This document shows positions 47,359-54,211 of a stretch of 64,000 nucleotides of DNA, one piece after another (position 1 is the stretch's first letter; each line of letters begins with the position of its first letter). Source of the DNA: Candidatus Limnocylindria bacterium (lineage in GTDB: Bacteria; Methylomirabilota; Methylomirabilia; Rokubacteriales; CSP1-6); NCBI GenBank assembly GCA_035524955.1, contig DATLFG010000072.1, positions 66,173 through 130,172 on the forward strand, in the 5' to 3' direction. A model generated the notes under the pieces. It did not search any database and was not told the origin of the DNA. It was given only the letters and a program-made list of their open reading frames with translations. The translations under genes and the position numbers were made by a program.

Positions 47359-48777
47359 GTGACCGACTACCAGCGTACGCTGTTTCTCCATCCGCCCGCG
47401 GTGGCCGGCTTCGACGGCGGCGCGGGCTCGCGCTACCAGGCCCGGCGCGAGATCCGGTCCTTCTGGTACCCGACCTGGCTGGCCCAGCCGGCCGCGCTGG
47501 TGCCGGGCTCGAGGCTCGTGGACGCCCCGCCGGACGGCCTCACCCTGGACGACGTGCTGCCGCTGGCCCGGGGCTACGACCTCTGCGTCATGCACACCAG
47601 CACGCCGTCGTTCGCCTCGGACGTGCGCGTGGCCGAGGCGCTCAAGGCCGAGAACCCCGCGCTCATCATCGGGCTCGTGGGGGCCGCGGTGGCGGTGGCT
47701 CCGGAGGCCTCGCTCCGGGCGAGCGCCGCGCTCTCCTTCGCGGCCCGGAGCGAGTTCGACTTCACGATCCAGGAGGTGGCTCAGGGCCGGCGCTTCGCCG
47801 ACGTCCGCGGGCTCTCCTACCGGGTCAACGGCCATGTGGAGCACACGCCGGAGCGTCCCCCGCTCGAGAACATGGACGCGCTGCCCTTCGTGACGCCGAT
47901 CTACAAGCGCGACCTCACCGTCGAGCACTACGCGATCGGCTACCTCCAGCACCCCTACGTGTCGCTCTACACCGGGCGCGGCTGCCGCTCCCGGTGTACC
48001 TTCTGCCTCTGGCCGCAGACGGTGGGGGGGCAGCGCTATCGCACCCGCAGCACCGAGCACGTGGCCGAGGAGATGGCGCAGGCCGCGCGGATGTTCCCGC
48101 AGGTGCGCGAGTTCTTCTTCGACGACGACACGTTCACCGACGACCTGCCCCGCGCGGAGGCCATCGCGAAGCGGCTCGGGCGGCTCGGGGTCACCTGGTC
48201 GGTCAACGCCAAGGCCAACGTGCCCTACGCGACCCTGAAGGTGCTCAAGGACAACGGCCTCCGTCTCCTCCTGGTGGGCTACGAGTCAGGCAACCAGGCC
48301 ATCCTGAACAACGTCAAGAAGGGCGTGCGCCTCGACGTGGCACGGCGGTTCACCCGCGGCGCCAAGTCGCTCGGCATCGCCGTCCACGGCACCTTCATCC
48401 TGGGCCTACCCGGCGAGACGCCCGAGACCATCGCGGAGACCATCCGCTTCGCCACCGAGATCGACCCCGACACCATCCAGGTCTCGCTGGCCGCGCCGTA
48501 TCCGGGCACCGCGCTCTACGAGGAGGCGCAGCGCAACGGCTGGCTCGAGTCCGACGAGCTGGTGGACGGGGCCGGGGTCCAGGTGAGCGCGCTCGGCTAC
48601 CCGCATCTCTCGCGCCCCGAGATCTTCCGCTCGGTGGACCAGTTCTACCGCCGCTTTTACTTCCGCCCCCGCAAGATGCTCTCGCTGGGCTCCGAGATGC
48701 TCCGCGACCGCCGGGTGATGAAGCGCCGTCTGTCCGAGGGCCGCGAGTTCCTGCGGTTCCTCCGCACCCGCCGCTAG
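47359..48777 (+). CDS. B12-binding radical SAM protein (HpnJ-like class B)
   Basis: N-terminal B12-binding domain (…AGFDGGAGSRYQARREIRSFWYPTWLAQPAA…). Radical-SAM cluster motif (…GRGCRSRCTFCLWPQ…). Strongly resembles the hopanoid-associated HpnJ family, from memory. Confidence 0.75.
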   Translation: MTDYQRTLFLHPPAVAGFDGGAGSRYQARREIRSFWYPTWLAQPAALVPGSRLVDAPPDGLTLDDVLPLARGYDLCVMHTSTPSFASDVRVAEALKAENPALIIGLVGAAVAVAPEASLRASAALSFAARSEFDFTIQEVAQGRRFADVRGLSYRVNGHVEHTPERPPLENMDALPFVTPIYKRDLTVEHYAIGYLQHPYVSLYTGRGCRSRCTFCLWPQTVGGQRYRTRSTEHVAEEMAQAARMFPQVREFFFDDDTFTDDLPRAEAIAKRLGRLGVTWSVNAKANVPYATLKVLKDNGLRLLLVGYESGNQAILNNVKKGVRLDVARRFTRGAKSLGIAVHGTFILGLPGETPETIAETIRFATEIDPDTIQVSLAAPYPGTALYEEAQRNGWLESDELVDGAGVQVSALGYPHLSRPEIFRSVDQFYRRFYFRPRKMLSLGSEMLRDRRVMKRRLSEGREFLRFLRTRR

Positions 48778-48784
48778 AGGGTCC

Positions 48785-48936
48785 GGCGCGGTGACTGGGC
48801 GTTGCGCCCGGTTGCGGGCAGCCTCTCTATCCGCCTCGGTTGTCCGCGGATTGAGGGAGTGCGGGGGCCATTTCTGGGCCCCCGCATTGGATAGAGAAGC
48901 TCCCCGCATCCAGGCGCAACGCGCGGTCACCGCGCC
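48785..48936. repeat. Composite nested palindrome containing a REP family-1 copy
   Basis: Outer arms GGCGCGGTGACTGGGCGTTGCGCC / GGCGCAACGCGCGGTCACCGCGCC. Inner arms CTCTCTATCC / GGATAGAGAAG. Core GGGAGTGCGGGGGCCATTTCTGGGCCCCCGCA at 48855-48886. Confidence 0.7.
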
Positions 48937-49020
48937 AAAACCACCCGCCTCGACCCCGGTGGCCCGCGGACGACCCTGACCCGGCGTCCGAAACGCCGTG
49001 CGTGCTAGCATGTTCACGAG

Positions 49021-50607
49021 ATGAAGGTTCTCGTGATCGATACCGTCGCCCCCGAGGGGATCGCCTATCTGACCGAGCGCGGCTTTCAGGTTGACCAGGT
49101 CTCGAGCACGCTGCCCAGGGAGGATCTGCTCGCGCGGCTGGGCGACTACGAGGCGATCGTCACGCGCTCCTCCACCGCGGTGACCCCGGCGTTCCTGGGC
49201 CACGCGCGGCGGCTACGCATCCTCGGGCGGGCCGGGGTCGGCGTGGACAATATCGACGTGGACGCCTGCTCGCGCCAGGGCGTGGTGGTGGTCAACGCTC
49301 CCTACGGCAACGTGGTCTCCGCGGCCGAGCACACGGTGGGCATGCTGCTGGCCCTGGTCCGCCGGATCCCGGCGGCCCACGACTCGCTCAAGCAGCTCGA
49401 GTGGGACCGGGGCATCTACGGCTCCGAGCTCTATCGCAAGACGGCGGGCGTGCTGGGGCTCGGCAAGGTGGGCTCGCGGGTGGCCGCCCGGCTGCGGGCC
49501 TTCGACATGGAGATCCTGGTCTACGATCCGTTCATCCCGGAGAGTCGGGCGCGCGATCTGGGCGTGCGGTTGACCGATCTGCAGACCGTGCTGAGCCGCG
49601 CCGACATCCTGACCGTGCACGTGCCGCTCACCGACGAGACCGAGAACATGATCGGGGCGCCCGAGCTCGCCGCGCTGAAGCCGGGCGCGCGCGTGATCAA
49701 CTGCGCGCGCGGCGGCATCGTCAACGAGGTGGACCTGCTGGCCGCGCTCGACTCGGGCCACGTGGCGGGCGCCGCGGTGGACGTGTGGAGCGAGGAGCCG
49801 CCCCGATCCCCCGCGGTCAAGCGTCTGATCCAGCACCCGCGCGTGGTGGTCACGCCGCATCTGGGCGCCAACACCCAGGAGGCGCAGGTCAACGTGGCGG
49901 TGGACGTGGCGCGGCAGCTCGTGGCCTATCGCGACGGTGAGCTGGTCGAGCACGCGGTGAACATCCCGGTGGGCAACCGCGAGACCATGGTCGAGCAGCG
50001 CCCGTTCCTGTACCTGGCCGAGCTGCTGGGCCGCTTCCTCCGGCAGCTCGAGCCGGGGAACGTCGAGCGCGTGGAGATCGAGGTGGGCGGGCATCTGGCC
50101 CGCGTGGACACCGAGCTGCTGGGCCGGGCCGTGCTGAAGGGGCTGCTCGAAGGGGTGACCGCGCAGGCGGTGAACCTGGTCAACGCCCACCTGATCGCGC
50201 GCGACCGGGGGCTGTCGGTGGAGGTACGGGCCGACGCGGAGGCCGCCTCCGGCTACACGAACCTGATCACGGTCACGACCCAGGCGGGAACGGGGCGGAA
50301 GACGATCGCGGGGACAGTGTTCGACGGCGTCCCCCGCATCGTGCGGCTGCGCGACCTCCACATCGAGTTCATCCCGGAGGGGCATATCCTGGTGCTGGCC
50401 TACGAGGACCGGCCCGGCATGGTCGGCCGGCTCGGCTCGATCCTGGGCCGCCACAACGTCAACATCGCCTCGATGCACGTGGGCCGGCGCACGCGCCGGG
50501 GTCGCGCCATCGTGGTGCTGCTGCTGGACGACGACGTGCCCCCGGAGGTCGTGGAAGAGGTGAGCAAGAGCGTCGAGGCCGATTTCGCGCGGGTGATCCG
50601 GCTGTGA
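49021..50607 (+). CDS. serA: D-3-phosphoglycerate dehydrogenase (long form with ASB and ACT domains)
   Basis: D-2-hydroxyacid dehydrogenase motifs (…GVLGLGKVGSRVA…, …RGGIVNE…, …VVTPHLGANT…). 528 aa with a C-terminal ACT domain. Confidence 0.9.
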   Translation: MKVLVIDTVAPEGIAYLTERGFQVDQVSSTLPREDLLARLGDYEAIVTRSSTAVTPAFLGHARRLRILGRAGVGVDNIDVDACSRQGVVVVNAPYGNVVSAAEHTVGMLLALVRRIPAAHDSLKQLEWDRGIYGSELYRKTAGVLGLGKVGSRVAARLRAFDMEILVYDPFIPESRARDLGVRLTDLQTVLSRADILTVHVPLTDETENMIGAPELAALKPGARVINCARGGIVNEVDLLAALDSGHVAGAAVDVWSEEPPRSPAVKRLIQHPRVVVTPHLGANTQEAQVNVAVDVARQLVAYRDGELVEHAVNIPVGNRETMVEQRPFLYLAELLGRFLRQLEPGNVERVEIEVGGHLARVDTELLGRAVLKGLLEGVTAQAVNLVNAHLIARDRGLSVEVRADAEAASGYTNLITVTTQAGTGRKTIAGTVFDGVPRIVRLRDLHIEFIPEGHILVLAYEDRPGMVGRLGSILGRHNVNIASMHVGRRTRRGRAIVVLLLDDDVPPEVVEEVSKSVEADFARVIRL

Positions 50608-51032
50608 AGGCGCCCGGCAAGCGCGCGGGCGAGACCCCGGTGGGCGTCTTCGAGACGCGGCCCTGGGGCGGGTTCGTCACGGTGGAGGAGGGCCGCGGGT
50701 ACAAGGTCAAGCGGCTGTTCGTCCGCCCGGGCCGGCGGCTGAGCCTACAGCGGCACCGGTTCCGCGCCGAGCACTGGGTGGTGGTCTCGGGCTCGCCGCG
50801 CGTGATCATCTCGGGCCGCCCGAAGCGGCTCAAGCCCCGGGGCGCGGTCGACGTCCCGCGCGGGGCCTGGCACCGCATCGAGAACACCGGCCGGATCCCG
50901 GTGGTCCTCATCGAGGTCCAGCACGGGCCGTACCTCGGGGAGGACGACATCATTCGCCGCCAGGACGACTACGGCCGCGCCGCCCCCACCACGGCCACCC
51001 GGGCGCGGAAGCGTCGGCGCAGCGGACGCTAG
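50604..51032 (+). CDS. Cupin-domain protein (mannose-6-phosphate isomerase type II C-terminal-like)
   Basis: …RPWGGFVTVEEGRGYKVKRLFVRPGRRLSLQRHRFRAEHWVVVSG… is a cupin_2 sequence. GTG overlaps the serA stop. Confidence 0.6.
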   Translation: MKAPGKRAGETPVGVFETRPWGGFVTVEEGRGYKVKRLFVRPGRRLSLQRHRFRAEHWVVVSGSPRVIISGRPKRLKPRGAVDVPRGAWHRIENTGRIPVVLIEVQHGPYLGEDDIIRRQDDYGRAAPTTATRARKRRRSGR

Positions 51033-51042
51033 TCCGTCACAC

Positions 51043-51135
51043 TCACGCCTCACCACACCAACCCCCTCACCCCTCACCACACGAACCCCTCACCACACGA
51101 ACCCCTCACCCTACCCTCTCCCCTGAGGGGAGAGG
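51043..51135. repeat. REP-like element family 2 (CCTCACCACACGAAC direct repeats plus a CCCTCTCCCC-TGA-GGGGAGAGGG palindrome)
   Basis: Same palindrome as at 5145-5167, in opposite orientation relative to the GTGAGGGG-type flanks. Confidence 0.6.
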
Positions 51136-51157
51136 GGGAGACACGGAGCCGACCGCG

Positions 51158-51514
51158 ATGCCCATCCAGACCCGCTACCTCTTCAGCGCCGCCATGGATG
51201 TCGAGCCCTCCCAGGAGCGCCTCTTCAACGAGGTCTACGACCAGGAGCACGTGCCGAGCCTGCTCACCGTGCCCGGGGTGATCGCGGTGTCGCGCTACGA
51301 GATGCAGCCGCTCGCAATGAGCATCGGCGGGCAGCTCAGGACCATCGTCATCGAGGGCGCACCAAAGTATGGCGCCCTCTACGAAATCGAAACTCCCGAC
51401 GTGCTGGTGACCGAGGCGTGGGCCACCGCGGTCGAGAAGGGCCGCTGGCCGGCCCAGGTGCGGCCCCACACGCGCAACCGGCAGCACATCCTTTACCGCC
51501 GCATCGGGCCCTAG
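51158..51514 (+). CDS. Hypothetical protein (small alpha+beta; possibly EthD/Dabb-like)
   Basis: 118 aa. Genome-typical codon usage. No confident family assignment. Confidence 0.45.
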   Translation: MPIQTRYLFSAAMDVEPSQERLFNEVYDQEHVPSLLTVPGVIAVSRYEMQPLAMSIGGQLRTIVIEGAPKYGALYEIETPDVLVTEAWATAVEKGRWPAQVRPHTRNRQHILYRRIGP

Positions 51515-51527
51515 CCGCGGGCGCCCG

Positions 51528-52226
51528 TCAGCGCATCAGGCTCGAGATGCCCAGGTAGAGGGCGAGGAGCCCCAGGTACTCGTGCAGCACGGATTCGCTG
51601 CAGCGGCGGCGGCGCCACCAGGCGTCTCCGCCGCTGCACTCGTCCGGCACCCCGGCCAGCCGGGCCTCGATGGCGCCGCCGGTCTCGCGCCGCCAGATGG
51701 CCTGCACGCGGCGGGAATGGAACTCGGTCGTGACAAGCACGAGGCGCCGCCAGCCGCGGTCCCGGGCGACCGCGGCCACCAGGCGCAGCTCCGTCTCCGT
51801 GATCTCCACCGGCTGGTCGAGGATGACGATGGCGTCACGGGGCACACCGAATTGCTCCAGCGCGGCCACCGATTCGCCCTGGAAGTCCAGGCGGCGGATC
51901 CCCAGGTCGAGGAGGCGCTGGACCGGGGCGGGCACGAACTGCCGGGAGACCAGCACCCGCGGGGCCCGGCCCTCGCGGAACAACGCCGCCGCCGCCTCCT
52001 CCCGGTTGGGCGTGCGGCCGGCCACGACCACGATGGCGTCGGCCTGCTCGGGTGGATCGTCCACGACGAGGACCTGCCCCGCCGCGCGCAGCAGGGGCCG
52101 GTGGGCGAGGACGGCCAGTCCGGCCAGCGCGAGCAGGGCGATCAGCGCGATCCAAACCGGGCGCCGGCTCACCGGCGGGCCTCGCCCGTCGCGCGCGCTC
52201 CCAAAAGCTTGGGCCGGCGCCCCCAC
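51528..52226 (-). CDS. YdcF/ElyC (DUF218) family protein
   Basis: N-terminal TM, then …ADAIVVVAGRTPNREEAAAALFREGRAPRVLVS…LVTTEFHSRRVQAIWRRE…. The start is uncertain. Confidence 0.6.
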   Translation of the reverse strand: MGAPAQAFGSARDGRGPPVSRRPVWIALIALLALAGLAVLAHRPLLRAAGQVLVVDDPPEQADAIVVVAGRTPNREEAAAALFREGRAPRVLVSRQFVPAPVQRLLDLGIRRLDFQGESVAALEQFGVPRDAIVILDQPVEITETELRLVAAVARDRGWRRLVLVTTEFHSRRVQAIWRRETGGAIEARLAGVPDECSGGDAWWRRRRCSESVLHEYLGLLALYLGISSLMR

Positions 52227-52259
52227 GGACGGTACGATGACGGCCAGGAGGTACTACCC

Positions 52260-52670
52260 ATGCGACGTTTTCTCGTCCTGTCCCTGACCGTCGTCGCGCT
52301 GACCGCGTGCGCGTCGACGCCGCCCAAGGTGCAGCGCAGCGAGTTCGAGGACATCCCGGTGCCGAAGGGCCTCGCGGTGGACCTGAACCGCTCCACGATC
52401 ATCGAGTCGCCGACGGTGAAGGCGGCCCGCATCTTCTACAAGGGTCGCATCGAGCCGGACAGCCTTTCGGTCGCGTTCCGCACCACGCTCGAGGCCAACG
52501 GCTGGAAGCACCTGTCGTCGACGACCGCGTCCGACAAAGGCACCACGCAGGTGTACGAGAAGTCCGGCAGCTCGCTCCAGGTCCTGATCTACGAGAGCTG
52601 GTACTACACCTGGGTCGAGATGTCCGCGACGCGGATGGTGGGTCAGGCGTCGGCGCAGCTCAAGCCGTAG
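52260..52670 (+). CDS. Hypothetical lipoprotein
   Basis: Lipobox LTVVALTAC. SD GGAGG. Lower GC than neighbouring genes. Confidence 0.5.
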   Translation: MRRFLVLSLTVVALTACASTPPKVQRSEFEDIPVPKGLAVDLNRSTIIESPTVKAARIFYKGRIEPDSLSVAFRTTLEANGWKHLSSTTASDKGTTQVYEKSGSSLQVLIYESWYYTWVEMSATRMVGQASAQLKP

Positions 52671-52697
52671 TCCCGGCGCCACGGCGGCGGCGCCCGC

Positions 52698-54206
52698 TCA
52701 GGGGCGCCGCCAGCGCCGCCCGCTGCGCTCGATCAGCGTGTCGGCCTCGGCCGGGCCCCAGGTACCGGCCTCGTAGTTGGGGAACTTGCGCGGATCCCCT
52801 CCGGCCCAGGCGTCGAGCACGGGCTGCAGCAGCTCCCACGCCATCGTGACCCAGTCGCCCCGCGCGTAGAGGGTGGCGTCTCCCTTCATCGCGTCCAGCA
52901 ACAGCCGCTCGTAGGCCTCGGGGGGCTCGCCGCCGAAGGCCTTGCCGTAGTCGAACTCCATCTCCACCGGCTTGATCCGCAGCTCGGCGCCGGGCAGCTT
53001 GGCCCCGAAGGAGAGCGACATGCCCTCGTCGGGCTGGATACGGAGTACGAGCAGATTGGGCTCGGCCAGGATCTCCGGGTTGCGGCGGAACACGAGGTGC
53101 GGCGTGCGCCTGAACTGCACCGCGATCTCGCTCGCGCGCTTGGGCAGCCGCTTGCCGGTGCGCAGGTAGAAGGGCACGCCGGCCCACCGCCAGTTCTCGA
53201 CCTCGAGCCGGAGCGCCGCGAAGCTCTCGGTGAGGGAGCCGGCGGAGACGCCCTTCTCCTCGCGGTAGCCCACCACCCGCTGCCCGCCCACGAAGCCCGG
53301 CCCGTACTGGCCGCGGACCGCCACGCGGTCCACCTCGTCGGCCGCGATGGGCCGGATCGCGCGCATCACCTTGGTCTTCTCGTCGCGCACCGGATCGGAG
53401 TCGAAGGTGACCGGCGGCTCCATCGCGACCAGGCAGAGGAGCTGCAGGATGTGGTTCTGGATCATGTCGCGGAGCGCCCCCGATTCCTCGTAGTAGGCGC
53501 CGCGGCCCTCGACCCCGATGGACTCGCCCACCGTGATCTGCACGTGATCCACGTGATTGCGGTTCCACAGCGGCTCGAAGATGCCGTTGGCCCACCGGAA
53601 CACGAGGATGTTCTGGACCGTCTCCTTGCCCAGGTAGTGATCGATCCGATAGACCTGGTCCTCGGTGAACGCGGAGGCGACCACCTGGTTGAGCGCGCCC
53701 GCGGAGGCCAGGTCGCGGCCGAAGGGCTTCTCGATGATGATGCGCACCCAGCCGCCGGTGTGCTCGGTCGCGCGGTTGAGGCCCGCCTCGCCCAGGCGGG
53801 TGACGAGGTGTGGGTACACCGAGGGTGGGGTGGAGACGTAGAAGAGCCGGTTGCCGCTCGTGCCGCGCTCCTGCTCGACCTGCTTCAGGTAGGCCGCGAG
53901 CCCGGGGTACGTGCCGGTGTCGGCGGGATCGCCGGAGTAGTAGAAGAGGGCCTGCGCGAAGCGGTCCCACACGCGGGTCGAGGGCGGCTGCACGCGCGCG
54001 AAGTCGGAGACGGCCTCGCGCATGCGGGCCCGGAACTGCTCGTTGGTCATCTCCGAGCGCGCGACGCCGACCACCGCGAACGGCTCCGGGAGCACGCGGC
54101 TGCCGAACATGGACCACAGCGCGGGGATGAGCTTGCGCCGCGTGAGATCGCCCGAGGCACCGAAGATGACCAGCGCACAGGACTCGTCGGGGGTGGGAGT
54201 CGTCAT
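52698..54206 (-). CDS. zwf: Glucose-6-phosphate 1-dehydrogenase
   Basis: …LVIFGASGDLTRRKL… NADP-binding site. …RIDHYLGKE… active site. …LVLRIQPDEG…. Confidence 0.9.
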   Translation of the reverse strand: MTTPTPDESCALVIFGASGDLTRRKLIPALWSMFGSRVLPEPFAVVGVARSEMTNEQFRARMREAVSDFARVQPPSTRVWDRFAQALFYYSGDPADTGTYPGLAAYLKQVEQERGTSGNRLFYVSTPPSVYPHLVTRLGEAGLNRATEHTGGWVRIIIEKPFGRDLASAGALNQVVASAFTEDQVYRIDHYLGKETVQNILVFRWANGIFEPLWNRNHVDHVQITVGESIGVEGRGAYYEESGALRDMIQNHILQLLCLVAMEPPVTFDSDPVRDEKTKVMRAIRPIAADEVDRVAVRGQYGPGFVGGQRVVGYREEKGVSAGSLTESFAALRLEVENWRWAGVPFYLRTGKRLPKRASEIAVQFRRTPHLVFRRNPEILAEPNLLVLRIQPDEGMSLSFGAKLPGAELRIKPVEMEFDYGKAFGGEPPEAYERLLLDAMKGDATLYARGDWVTMAWELLQPVLDAWAGGDPRKFPNYEAGTWGPAEADTLIERSGRRWRRP

Positions 54207-54211
54207 GCGCG

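Noticed and set aside
52660-54117. 485-aa minus ORF in an alternative frame to zwf
   Set aside because: zwf (52698..54206) has unambiguous G6PD motifs. The alternative frame is Arg/Gly-rich.
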